Shown here: positions 39,991 to 52,963 of the stretch, one piece after another | How the letters are laid out: every line of letters begins with the position of its first letter | Position numbering within the stretch: the stretch's first letter is position 1 | Source of the DNA: Ancylonema sp. | Taxonomy: Eukaryota | Direction of reading: 5' to 3' | DNA: 64,000 bases | NCBI GenBank assembly: GCA_050230475.1 | Contig: JBFLGF010000116.1 | Coordinates: forward strand, 1-64,000 | The notes under the pieces: generated by a model | What the model was told of the DNA's origin: nothing | Database searches by the model: none | The model's input: only the letters and a program-made list of their open reading frames with translations | Made by a program: the position numbers and the translations under genes

Positions 39991-40433
39991 GCAACAGTGA
40001 ACACAGTATTTATATACTTATATGAACAATATTTATATTATTTTGGTATGTTGCAATGTATGAAATATTGCTATTGTTATTTTACTTTGTTTGCGGTTCA
40101 CGAATTGGAAACAATGTAGTTCTTTTCATGACACGTGTTGGTGTGTCTTGCCCTCCAAAAAAAATCTTTTTAAAAAAAATTATTATTCTTGTGTTTACAT
40201 CATGTCCAACAATGATTACGATTACTTTGTTGCTTCGGAAGACCTTAATAATTCCCTAACTCTCATAGTAAAGTCGTTCGTATACAGTTTGCTAGTCGCC
40301 ATGTATTGATCTCATGACGCACTTGTATAGCTTGTAACACACATGCTGAATCGGATGATGATGCCAAGGTAATGTACTATAGGCAACCTAAATGAGCGGT
40401 TCGGACATAAACATATAGGCACATAAATCTAGG

Positions 40434-41356
40434 CATAGTTGCACGAACTCCAAACCGTTTCCGAACCGGATATTAGGTCAAACCGGTTCCGCCAAAAGTG
40501 GCCGTGGTTCGGAACCGGAGGATTTAGGTTTTTTTTTTACTAACGTCATTTTGAGGGGTTATATGGCACGGAAAAACCAAAAAATGTTTTTTTCAAGTGT
40601 AGCTCGTCATGCTATATCCAACAAAAACATCAATCAAATCATATACTTTGTAAAAAACCCCAAAACGATTTCCCGCATGATTACACCTTCATGATTTTTG
40701 GTGTATTTACGTGTTTTGCTCTATCTTATGGAAACTGTGTTTCTATTCATGTACAAGTAGAAAAATGAAATGGTTATATATTTTTACGATCATCTTATGA
40801 TCATCTCCGTTCCACATATCTTTCGTCATTCCCATTGTCGTGTTGTACTTCTATGTGAAAATGTTGCGGGAAGATGTTTTACCCGTAATCAAATGGCACT
40901 TGACATAAGCTTTGATCTTCCATGTATTTCAAATCGTGCTCTCAAAGCTCTAACACTACTTCTATATCTTTACTCTTCTCCTCTACCTTAAACATCCCTT
41001 GCTTATCCAAATCCAGATATGTGTGCCAGAGTGGAAGGTCGAATGTTGTTTTCGGCCAATGAAATTGCACCACGTCCTGCCATGGCGCGAAAGAAAGCAA
41101 ATTAAAAGTTGCAATGGCCACGCCATGTTTTCCCGATAAAATATTTATCAATTTTAGCGTCTAAAAGTGACGTGGGGTCACCAACATGAACATGTACAAC
41201 GATATTATTGTCCCCGCGTATATTTTTTGGGAGGGAAAAAATGTTATACCGCGGGAAGGAGGAAACCCTTAAAGGCGCCTGGTTCCTCCGGTTCCGAAAC
41301 GGTTCCATCTCGGAACAGGTTCCAAAACAAAAACACAGCCGGTTCGTGCAACTATG
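40434..41356. mobile_element. Non-autonomous hAT element, CATAGTTG family
   Basis: 15-bp TIR CATAGTTGCACGAAC; perfect 8-bp TSD AATCTAGG. Confidence 0.93.
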
Positions 41357-41374
41357 AATCTAGGCACGAAAGTG

Positions 41375-42024
41375 AACACACCCTCATGATTTTTGGTGCA
41401 GTTGTATGTTTTGCTCGCTTCTATGCAACCTATGTTTATATTTATACACAATTAGTTCAACGAAATGTGTATATATTTTTGTGATCATCCTATTCTCATC
41501 TCCGTTCCATATGCCTTCCCTCCTTCCCATTTCCGTGTTACACTTCCATGTGAAAATATTGCTAGAATATATTTTACTCGTAATCTAATGGCACTTGACA
41601 CATGCTTCAACTTTTATGTATATTCTCTTTCAAATCGTGCTCGCAAAGCTCTAACTCTACTTCTTTAATTGTACTCTTCTCCTCTACCTTGTACATCCCT
41701 TGCTTCTCCAAAGGCAGATGTGTGTGCGAGAGTGGAAGGTCGGGTGCTGTTTTCGGCCAATGAAATTGCACCACGTCCTGCCATGGCGCAAAAGAAAGCA
41801 AATTAAAACTTCCAATGGCCGCGCCACATTTTCTCGAAAAAAATATTAAATGTATGAAAGTGACGTGGAGTCACCAACACGAACATGTACAACGATATAT
41901 ATTCCCCGCGTACATGTTTTGGGTTGGAAAAAAGGTTATACCGCGGGAAGGAGGAGAACCCTAAAATCACCCAATCTCGGAACCGGTTCCACTTGGAGAA
42001 AAAAAGCCGGTTCGTGCAATTATG
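41375..42024. mobile_element. Left-truncated copy of the same hAT family
   Basis: Colinear with ~40680-41356; ends GTTCGTGCAATTATG. Confidence 0.85.
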
Positions 42025-42552
42025 CGGTTTTTAGATCAAAATATGTTACTTTTGTGTGTCTTTTTTTTTCATAATAGACAGTTTTGGTCGCCAATGAGTT
42101 CAGCGATATGACTTGACCCCGAAAACATCTCTTTTGTAAATTATTAAGAAATTGGTTTTGAGTTTTAATTGTCGGGGGAGGTTATTAATGATCGTGGGAG
42201 GTTGTAAATCCTTAAAACCCAACCCTCGGATTATTAATGGTGGGGGTTTTTAAGGGGGGTTTTTAGATCCCGCATTTCGGAAAGACACCACGTGTCAGGG
42301 AGATACCAACGGCGAACTGTTCGACACCCTGTCTTTTCGTGGATTGCCAATGAAACGCGGTTTGTCTTGCAAAAATTCTGGCGCTGTTAACTACCTCTGA
42401 GGTAGATCCGTATTCATATATCAGTCTAACGTGAAAACGACATCGATTGATATTTGTACTCAGGACATTTATAGATTGTAAGCTTTTGCCTGTTTCAAGT
42501 CCCGCACCATTCTTTCTTATTCTCTTTTTGTTTCGTTTGAAAGGACGCCAAC

Positions 42553-43913
42553 ATGGTTAGTGTGGAATCTCAGTTAGAGGGTCCGCAAGCTTCCGCTACC
42601 GCTCCAGAAGGTACTGCCAGCTCTTCAACATCGGAAAGGAAAATCGCACCCGGTTATCAGGCTGATGTTCCCACCAATTCCGCATATGGGCACCCCATAT
42701 ACCCCAGCGTCCCACCTCCCGGACCCGGAGGGGGCCAGCAGTATGGCGGTTATCCATCTTCCCAGTATCCCATGCTCCCCTCTGGCGTCCCCTCGGTGCC
42801 CATGGGTACATCCCTGGGCCAGAATATCCCTGGAGGTGACTCTGCGTGGAAAGGGAGTGTCCCCCCTGGTGGAATCTCTGGCGGACTGCCCCCTGTGAGC
42901 GTGCCCCCTTCGCACTATGCGGCGAGTCGACCCGCCATGTCAAACCAGCGAATATTTTCTCCTGCGGAACTTCTCCTGCTCCTGATCCTGGCCGTTCTTC
43001 TACCTCCGGCGGCAGTTGCAATCAAGTATTCCTGCAATTTCAGATTTTGGATTTGCCTTCTTTTGACCATCCTCGGCCACATACCAGGTATCACGGGTTT
43101 TGAATTCGATAATACACGAGGAGTGGGTATGTGTTTTTGGTAAGTAAGACATCATGTGCACATACGTTAACTGAGTATGTAGTGTGCTTGCTCTCTTAGC
43201 TGCCGTCACTTTTCTACCGAAGTTCAAATTGACACTCGTTTCATCGCTGAATTCTATCAGCCTCCTTCCATGCGTGAGCGTATTTTCTACCAGTAGCGAC
43301 ATAAAATGATGCGTTTCCGTACTTGCAACAAATGTCCTTTGAGATGGTCGGGACCCAAGAATCATGTATCATGTAACAAACGTCCTTTGAGATGGTCGGG
43401 ACCCAAGAATCATGTATCATGTATCATGTATCATGTATCATGTATCATGTATCATGTATCATGTATCATGTATCATGTATCATGTATCATGTATCATGCC
43501 TTTCAAGGCACGCTCCCTCCAATTGTAGCATACTCTTACCGTTGTGAAAGGCCTATGGAGTTCACATGAACTTCCGAGGACACTAGATCTGACTTTGAAA
43601 AAGAAAGGGATCTAGTTCCGAGACGTTCTAGTATTCACTCACACGGTTGTGGGAAAACAAAAGCCCTCCATGCCTAGGTTCCCATCTGCCATCTAAAACA
43701 TAGTTTTGTCATGTAGGAAACTAGATGTTGGAATTCGACTACGATTGAACTACAGGGGACGAGTCATTAAAAATGTAAATACATGTGCATGGTGTGTGGG
43801 AAGCAAACACATTTGTGTTCATGGAAAGTCGAGCACTTTTTGCCAACATCGATTTTGTGTCATTGTTTGCAGGTGCTATATATGCTGTGTGCATCATCGT
43901 CCTTGACTCATAA
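42553..43913 (+). CDS. PMP3/RCI2 (UPF0057) proteolipid-domain protein with a long Pro/Gly-rich N-terminus; exons 42553-43087, 43873-43913
   Basis: ILAVLLPPAAV...FWICLLLTILGHIPG|AIYAVCII is the Pmp3 signature; phase-1 GT-AG intron; TAA stop. Confidence 0.85.
43409..43498. repeat. Intronic (TCATGTA)n microsatellite after a ~48-bp direct duplication
   Basis: Direct reading of the sequence. Confidence 0.9.
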
Positions 43914-44413
43914 CGATGACAGTGGTGCGACTTCACCTCGAGGAGAGCTTGAGTGCACAATTCATTCTCAACCTTATTGAGCATGAATCAATTTTGTTAC
44001 CCTCATCAGTAAAACATACGAAATGGACAACGGGTCAATGGGTTGACGAGTGGCACAAGGTCCAAGAAGAGGGAGGTCCATTGTATGTCCATTGTATGAG
44101 GGAGGTATAGGTTCTTGACTCTCGCCAAAACTCTAGGTCGTCCGTAATTTGTAAATATTGGCTCCGCCAAGATTGTGTACATATATAGCTGACTACTTCG
44201 AAGCACTATACAATTTTGACTTGTAAAGAAAATCGTGTGTGGTGGAAATTTTGTTGACCGCCTTGTCTAGCAAGAATTCACACCACTTTGAGATAACTGC
44301 TCTCATTTTACTCATTTTGCTCATCTTGCTTCTTCTTATACGAAACGACAAAGATCATTAACTTGCTCCTTACATAGATGACACTCTGACCTTTGTAACA
44401 CACACAAACGACA

Positions 44414-44800
44414 TGTTAGGGTTGAATAATACGCAATCCGCTAACAATACGCTTGGACGCCGTTTTTTGCGTATTGAAATTTGAAGTAATTTGAACGCGA
44501 TTTGAGCGATATGTACGCATATTGTCACGTAACTTGTATTTTCACGGATTTCCTCCCCACACTAAGATGGCGAGAGATGTCTTCACGGCGCAATCTGACA
44601 ACGGTACCATTTTCTTCCATCACAAAAGTTGTTGCGCGGCAACCGACAAAGTTAACTAGAGTTAAATTATCGAATGGCTACCAAGTGACAGGCTGGCTTC
44701 TAGAATTTTCACCTGAATATCGACGCTACGATGATAAGCATCAAACTTGTATTTAAATCTGCGGCTGGATTTATCGCAGAAATTATCGACTATATTTTCG
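44414..44800 (+). repeat. LTR fragment related to 38514-39282
   Basis: Shared AGTTAACTAGAGTTA, TCGACGCTAC.ATGA and GCTGGATTTATCGC blocks; starts TGTTAG. Confidence 0.6.
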
Positions 44801-46006
44801 ATTTAACAAAAATGACGCGCAAAAAATGATCCCGTAGTTGCAATGCGGGATCGGCCATGGTGGACCGAAATTGCCTCTATCTAGAATTCAAAAATCAAAG
44901 CATAAAACTATACAACCTCGCAATACCTTCCTATATATGCATCACTGTGTCAGAACCACACAAAACATCATGAAAAACCTTTGCGAAAAAACAAAGAGGA
45001 AGTGGTTTTTAAACCCTGAAGCTTCGCAACTATCCAATGACCGATAAAAAGGTTGATGTCCGAGTTTTGTCGTGAATACCTGCCTTGGCAAAAATTTATT
45101 ATTTTGAGACTTAATGGCCAAACCCTGTTAGGGAAAATATGACCGTTGTATGTTTTACTACAAGGTCCAGCAATCCAGCAATCCGGTCATGACATGGGAA
45201 GTGTCCACAAAAAAGTTCAATCGCAAAGGTATATATTCGCTGAATCGAAGGTCATATCAACATCTAGACGGCAAGATGAAGAGCAAACGTAATTGCGGCG
45301 AAATATTTCCCTCCATAAAAACGGGATGGACCTCGCCAATGTTTACACAAACGTCATATTTTTCGTACCTAACCTATCATACCAAGAGATGGTACATATT
45401 CGAAATTTAACGTACTTCAGCGTATTAATACGTTGGGAGCACAGTACGTCGATTTAGCGTATGGTAACTTCGCATACTGTGCGTAATTTACGACCCTGCG
45501 ACATATTTTTGTCCAAGAACTTCGGCTCCTATTCCGCACCAATGTATTTTCCTCGAAATTGCCTCCATCTCTTACTTCTTATGATTATTTGACAAGTACA
45601 TGAAAGGGAAGATATCAGCATAAGGCTACAAGTAATCTATTACAAGTCCGGAAAAGTACATGTGGACAAAAAAGTATGCACCCCACCTCGCCTCCGCAAC
45701 GTACTCTCCACTAGTTTCAACACATGTTTTTGCTCTCAATCTGGTTGTGCTCGTGAAAATTTACAAGGAAATAGCATGCCCTTTCCTCGTGTGACATAAG
45801 GAGTGCAAAATTTGAGGGTGCCCAGGTTTCTTGAGAAGGAATTGATGAATATCCACTTTACGCCAACTCCATATCATACGTGTTTTAAATTCTCATGAAA
45901 TCATTGCCTTGGGAACATATCCCTTCTGAAAGGCCATGTCTTATGACATCGAAGTCAAGGTTGCTGGCATAGAAGCTCGTGGATTGGGGGGGGGGCTGCC
46001 TCCGGT

Positions 46007-46617
46007 TCAACCCCCTCCTTTCGCATCTTCTCCCTCTGCAAAATCCTCCCTGCGTATGCGATGGCGTCCGAAATATAGGAAGGGCCGCATGGTAGGGACA
46101 GCTGCTCCAGGGTGCTCCTCCCAAAACGCTTCCTGTGGCCCAATGACACAAGGGTTGGAGTGACTGTCGAACACGGCACCCATCCCAGATGACTGTGGCT
46201 GAAAGGGTACGATGATTACACCAATGTTTTAACAGATTGATAGATGATGTGTGCATTCGTGTGTGCCAGCGAGTCGCTGAGAATGGAAGAGGGATTGTTG
46301 TCAGAACTTGAAAAGCCTTAGAGAGTATGTATATATTTAAGATACCTGTCATATACATAACAAGATTCAAGGAACCATGCCCTGCTTCGTAAAACATGCC
46401 GATGGACTGCATTCTTAGATGAGGAAGCATGGCGGGCCTTTACCTTGTAAGTCTGCTCATTGATGGCAGCAAGGACCACTCCGCTGTAAAATCCAATGAC
46501 GTTCACTGCCAAGAAACGTACGATGGAAGGCGGTCGGCTGTAGCGGTCGATAACCTGAAATAGGACAGTACTGCGACGAATGCTGGCACGAGTCTCGGGA
46601 GAACGAAAGAAATCCAT
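46007..46617 (-). CDS. EMB2752: EMB2752-like small plant protein; exons 46617-46444, 46132-46007
   Basis: VIDRYSRP...GFYSGVVLAAINEQTYK|EAFWEEHPGAAVPTMRPFLYFG matches remembered Arabidopsis EMB2752 (FYTGVIGAAVTEQLYKEKFWEEHPG); TGA stop. Confidence 0.8.
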
Positions 46618-47908
46618 CCGGCCAGACCCCCACGGTCTGATCGGTGACGGATTTCAAGAAGAGGCAGAGTGAGTAGACAATTCATTCATACACATCGCTG
46701 GAGCAGGGTATGGCGCGGAATCGTGTGTGGCCACAGCGCTTTTTCGAGGAAGACATGCCTACCCCGACCGCTTGCTTAGAGCATAGCTTATGGGACTGAC
46801 TCTTCGTCGACTTTATGAGACCCCCTAAATTAATCGAATCCCCAACCAACATGAAAATAAATCGTCAAATCGCTGCTTATCGGAACCAAAGTGATTTGAA
46901 ATTACAATTTATCAGTGTGATTTTCCTGAGGATTTGGGGCCTGAATCCTCAGAAAAATCACTCTGGGAATTTCGTGTGAGGAATTTTGAGCCAATCACAG
47001 CACAGTCGACCAGCTGAAAAAGGACGCTGTCCCTACGTCTAATTTTAGTCGTAAAATGAAAGCGTAGCTCCCGTAACCAATAGGAGACGGTTATTCCCGT
47101 AGAATATCTACAGAATCTAGGGACCTTAATTTTGACGCGTTGGATGCGGTATTCCGGTCACGAAAGTTAATCCGAACCGCCCGATGGATTGTATGATAAT
47201 GATTGTTCGAGATACGATGCGTCGTCGTGTGCCACCGTGGCACTGAATTCGCGAGATCGGCGGAGCTCCCATAAGCAGTACGAAGAGGCATACCGTACAA
47301 ATTCACTTTTCAGGTTGGGGATGTTGAAAAAGCCGTACAATATTTGTCCATTTCTCCCCAACCGAATCCTCAGTCCCATAAGCTCTGCTCTTAGAGCAGG
47401 TAGCGGCTGGGAACAACGGCTGGCCTTTCCCAGCCACAATTCCCGGCCGGGAGAGGCCGGGTAATTCGACGGCAAGTTTTTGACGGCCAAATCACCAGCC
47501 GGTACCATAGATGTACACGCCCGTCAAAACCTCCGCCAGGCGGCGTCCGCGAGCGGTGCCTCCTGCGGGCAAAACGCAGATTAAGGGTACCGGCCCGGTA
47601 CCCTTAGTCTGCGCGCAGTTGCTACGGTAGTCTGCGCGTAACATCTCCCCGCAAGATAACTCCCGCCCGGTCGACCGAGCCGCACCCGGCTGAAATGCGG
47701 CCGGGACGAATGGGAAGCGCATTCAAGTTACAAGTCCGCCAGGACAGAACTTGAGTGCACATGAGTTCATGTGACATGACATATTTTGTGTTGATGGTGC
47801 AAAGGTTCCGTCCTGATACTGGAGGGTAGAGTTTGGTACAAGATTCGTCCATCAAAATATACAGCTACATCGGTCACATCACGTTATGCTAGATGTGGCA
47901 GCATAAAA

Positions 47909-50900
47909 ATGCCGGAAACTGTTTTCCGGCGTGAAAGTCACATTCGGTACTTCGTGGAAGCGTTGAAGAAGCTTCCTCGTGGATAGTCCGCTCAGGAAAG
48001 CCTTCGGCTGACTCTGTGTTACTTTTCGGTCGCGGGACTCGACCTTTTAGATGCTCTGGATCAGGTGCTGCTCTCCCCCTTTTTATATTCATGAATTATA
48101 TTCAGTTTCAAGGAACAGAAATTGAATCTAAGGGTAGAAGAGTCTGAATGATAAATTGATACATTACTTCACTGAATACTATCCCTGCTCGCAATATTTA
48201 CTTCGTGTCAATATGAGTCTTTGGTCACGAAGACTCCTTTTCTGACAATTTATGTCGCACATTTCCTAGTGGCCTTCGTTCAAGTTTTCAAAATTCATTT
48301 CGCTTCTTTGTCTGCAGGTGAATAAAGCAGAGATTGTGTCCTGGGTGTACTCGCTGCAAGTCGTCCCCAACACACGAGGATATCAATCACGAAGTGTTGA
48401 GCTGGCAACGAACCAGTTACAGAGTCGTGCCGTGGCAGCATCACAGCTGGCAGTCCCCCACACGGAGTCCGTGGATTTGGGAGCCAATCAATCCGAGTGG
48501 GGGGAGCTGGCATCAGGAGATGGCGGAGTGACAGACATGAGGCCTGGTGTGTTCATCATATAACACTACTGGATACGGGCATCAAATTTCTTACCTACTT
48601 CCATATTTTTTTATGGGACTCGCAGTGGATGATGACCAGTTTTGCGTGGTCGAACTAAGTGATGTGAAAATAAAAGTAGTGTTCATGCGAATTTACACAA
48701 GGAAAACGGAATATGGTTGCACCAAATTTGGTAGGCGCGACAGAAGCTTTAAATGTCGTCCTCAGTTGCTCGGCCTTCTTGAGTGAAGGCGGAGAAGGAT
48801 TGAGGACGTCTTTCCATTTCAGATTCCAGCTGTCTGTTTGGATTCCGTGGATCAACCTCGGCTGGAGGGCGGTTTTCGCCTGAAGGAGTAAGACATAAGA
48901 CATAGAACATAGAACGGGCTGTAGGAGGCAATGTATCAACTGCAGCTTGATCTTCAGAAGAGGACATTTCAAGGAATGGGATGACAAGGGAATGCATGCG
49001 TGGAAGATCACATGCCTGTCTTGTGCGAGTCTGAATATGATAATTCGTCGTTTCAGATGAGTAGAAGTAGGGAAGAATACTCATCGAAAACGCGGTCTCG
49101 ACTCATGCACCGATTCCTGGCTGTGTGCGATGCAGGACACCAGTCTCTTTTCGAGTAGGTTTATCATACTTACTTACCGCATTTTGGAAAGTGATGCACT
49201 CCTTTCCAAGTGCTCATCTTTCTGTTCCTCTATATCATTATGATGGCTACTGCGCTGATCAACGAACTATCCCCTTCTTCTTTTATATTTTTTCAAAGCT
49301 CAGTCTCCACCTGTCGCGTTTGAGGGTGGCCACCTGGCGCACACCTACGTGGCGTTGGCGATTCTGAAGGTGTTGGGGGATGACTATGGGCGGGTGGAGC
49401 GAGAGGGCATTGTGGGGACGATGAAAGCACTCCAACAGGAAGACGGGAGGTGAGGAGTCGTTGGGGGGTACTCCTTCTGGTCGACTTGTTGTTCTCAACT
49501 CTCTCCTCCCTCCCAGTTTCGGTGCCGCCGTGGCGGATGGGCAAGCGGACATCAGATTCCTCTTTTGTGCAGGTCAGTTATCAGCTTTTGATGTTCAAAT
49601 CTTCCCTGAGACATCCCTATAGAAGTTTCTCTTGCGTACAGTGTACGGTTCACCATCACATGAGCGGGGGGAAAGGGAAGGTTTCAATCATGGTGTAACG
49701 GAGATTTACTGACGTCATCACGGCTTCCTCCCTGTCTGTCAGCCGCCATCAGCCGCTTGTTGGTGGACTGGAGGGGGATCTGCACCCCCGCTGCGCAGCA
49801 ATTCACATTCAGGAGTCAGGTGAGAGGAAACGAATAAAGAGAGAGGGGTAGGGAGGGAGAGGAGAGAGAGATGGAGTAACGCGGATTGTGTGCCTGAGGT
49901 GTGTGCAGAACTATGATGGTGGATTCGGTCTGTCTCCGGGCCTGGAATCTCACGGTAACAAATCTCTCTTGTGCTGTTGGAAGCACAGCAGTGAAGGGGG
50001 CAGTGCATCCCACCATGGACCATAAACTAATGACCATTGACCGTTGACCGTTGACCATTGACCATTGACCATTGACCGTTGACCATTGACCGTTTACCGT
50101 TGATCATGGGGGAATGGTTTTGGTTCCAGGAGGTGCTACCTACTGTGCGCTGGCTGCTCTTAGTCTCATGGAGGGGGGAGGGGGGCAGTGGGAGAGGAGG
50201 GAGGAGGCGCAGAGGTGGTGTGCGCAGGTAAACTAGTTGCGCCTTGCGCATCTGAACAGGGACGTGAAGGGGAAGGGGAGGCTTCGTCCTAGGATGCTGT
50301 TCGACCCTTGTTCCTCTCTCCTCTCCTCTTCTTGGTTTCAGCGTCAATGTGTGGATGGAGGTGTGCAAGGCAGGGGCAATAAGGAGGGGGACGCGTGCTA
50401 CTCGTTCTGGTGAGGACCACAGGACACTGGGGATCGAAGTCCATCATCATTAGTTTTGAATATTTTTCTCAATATATGTCCTACTGCAGGGTAGGGGCGT
50501 CTCTACGCATGCTGGGGGGCTCGGATTGGCTGCATGCGCCTGCGCTGCGTCACTTCCTGTTGACGTGTCAATATGGGGTCAGCTTTTTCACACCCTCTCC
50601 CAGTTGTGGCAACAGTAGTTTGCAAAGGCGTGGGGGGTATTTGAAATGTAGTAACTTCAATTTTGTAGTAAGCGGTTCAGGCAAGGAAGATAATGTTCCT
50701 CATCCTTACGTGTGGTGTTTGGAAGTGTGTTGAAAAAACATTGCCTGTTGTGGTCCGTCTGCTGCTCTATTTGTTTGAAAGAAGTTGACCTCCTTCTCTC
50801 CACCATGAAGTAGAGGTGGAAGGTCGCGTGGATCCCACTTCGGATGCAATGTCGACAATTTGAGTCACTGAAGCGTGAATCCTTGAGCACGTGCGTAGAA

Positions 50901-51187
50901 GAGATGTTGTTCACTTTTTTGAAACGATGGAGGTGAATGACGGCTTGTGATATCGTTCTTTGGAAAATCAGATCGGCGGTTTGAGTAAACGTCCGAGTGA
51001 TTATCCCGACCTTCTCCACTCCTTCTACGGAATTTGCGGTTTGAGTTTATTGGGAGAACACGGACTTCTCCCGCTCGATTGTGCACTTGGAATATCGGAA
51101 CGAGCTGTGAAGGGGGTAGATGTCTTGATGAAAGCATCTTCAGTTTTCGATGATGTTGACTAGGAGAGCAGTGGTGTCAATGAGTAA
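47909..51187 (+). CDS. PGGT1B: Geranylgeranyltransferase type-I beta subunit, 11 exons; in-frame TAG at 47984-47986; ends at TAG 51161-51163 or TAA 51185-51187
   Basis: HIRYF..LP..*S.QE..RLTL.YF..AGLDLL, WVYSLQ, GFRGS, GHLAHTYVAL, DIRFLFCA, YDGGFG..PGLESHGGATYCA, GRGNKEGDACYSFW, PDLLHSFYG; GT-AG phases consistent. Confidence 0.93.
50031..50105. repeat. Intronic heptamer repeat (TGACCRT)n
   Basis: Direct reading of the sequence. Confidence 0.9.
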
Positions 51188-52091
51188 GATGTTTTTTTTT
51201 TGGCTAGTGGGTGACCTTCTTATCCCGCTTCATCGATAATGACATGATCGGAACAAGTTTGAAAGTGCTTCATAATGGTTCATCCTATTACTTGTTTGCT
51301 CTTCTTAGTTGTAGAATGGTGTCTCACTAGTAGTGACTTACCACTACTGAGTCATTAACTACAACGTTAATAATGTATTTTATAGCTTTAAGTCATTGAA
51401 CTGCACCGAGCAATGATGTACAATCCATTTGGTAGGGTATCCTTGATATCATTTTCGAACTTTTGTACGTTACGTTGAATGACGGCGTTGTTAGGGCACG
51501 GAGTCAAATTATAAATCACGTCATATTCACAACAAAGTGAGTGTTACCTTCATGATAAAAAGTTACTACATAATATATAGTATATATTACCATGTAATTG
51601 ATATGGTATCTCATGGTATACATGGTATTTCTCGTGTTTGTTATGTCGAATACATTTCACTTCTAGCGAACAAACGCGGGGAGAGTCTTTAGTGGTACGG
51701 GTACAAAACCTGGAACGGTACCTCCGATTCGGATCGGCCATGAACGGACCCTACCGAATCGGAGAACGAGGGATCAACCAACTATGCTTGTGCCAAGACA
51801 AGTAACTACATTTGCTACATTCGTAAGTCAAATATTTTGAATCCTAGTGAATGTAATCATAGTTGGGCCCGATCCATCCCGGTCGTCGAGCCGGATTGGC
51901 GTCAAATTAGAAATGTGTCGATGTGAGGAGGCCCAACAAGCATAAGAAGAAGAAAAAACAATTTTTGGGGAGTTTTGTGTTGGGATGTTCTGCCCGTTGG
52001 TCAACCGGTCAGCGGTCGCGACGGGTGAGCATGCCGCGCAGGAATTAACTCTGTGCTGAAGTGTTAGATTCGTGCCATTGAACACGTTACG

Positions 52092-52162
52092 GACCAGGTG
52101 GCGCAGTGGCAAGCGCAGTCCCGCATACGGACAGGTCCCGGGCTTGATCCCCGGCCTGGTCA
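52092..52162 (+). pseudogene. tRNA-like sequence (degenerate, CAT in the anticodon position); tRNA pseudogene or SINE head
   Basis: Acceptor GACCAGG/CCTGGTC; D-arm GCGC-AGTGGCAA-GCGC with A-box TGGCGCAGTGG; T-stem CCGGG/CCCGG; aberrant T-loop CTTGATC and only a 4-bp anticodon stem. Confidence 0.6.
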
Positions 52163-52963
52163 TCATTTTCTCCCCACATTTTACGCCACAATGGGTACAT
52201 ACGAAGTTTGTTTCCCATCAAATTGTACATTCTGCAACTCCGAACTGGATTGGTGCTATATCGGACATTCCCCGATCGGGTTGGGCCCAAGGTAAAGGTT
52301 TTGTTAAGACCATAGAAAATAAATATTCAAACATTTAGGTGCGTGAAACATCACCAACATTCGAAGATTATTTGCGAACTAGTGATGGATTAGGAAGGTT
52401 CAATCAATTATGAACTTCATTATGTGAGTCAACGGCCAAAATGCATATTTGCCTACAACAACGATAGTGACACATCACATAACATAGCAATATGCGCAAT
52501 CGTGCAATATGCGCAATTTGTAGAAAAGCACAACACCAACTCTTTTGTTGAATAATGTGCCCATTAAAGTCTCTTTCATAACACAATTGTGCACGGCAAT
52601 TTCGCAACAAAACTATCTCCCTCGGTGAGGCAATACATTTTACTGTGTTGCACATGCAATACATTTCTGAACTACCAGTAAGAATCTTGAAGGACATGTA
52701 CACCTGTACAATACTTTCATCTGCCATGGCAAAGTCTCCCAAATTTATATTTATCCATGCGAAGTGCTCATAATCGAACAAAGTGCTTACCTTCGGCACC
52801 ATCACCATCGCAAAAGTTTCATCGTCCCTCGTTGCACATCGTTGTACAATTGCACATTTGATCCCTTTGGATCCCTTTTGGTGGAACGAGCAAACATTTG
52901 ACTACTTCCCTCCCACACGAGTCTAGTGTGCGGAAACTTTCATCCACGCGGCTCTACCACCCC

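Noticed and set aside
43328..43498. Direct repeats resembling a CRISPR array
   Set aside because: One ~48-bp duplication plus a microsatellite in a eukaryotic intron; no unique spacers or cas genes.
47167..47722. Minus-strand ORFs between EMB2752 and PGGT1B
   Set aside because: No recognisable motifs; they lie in the probable bidirectional promoter/5' UTR region.
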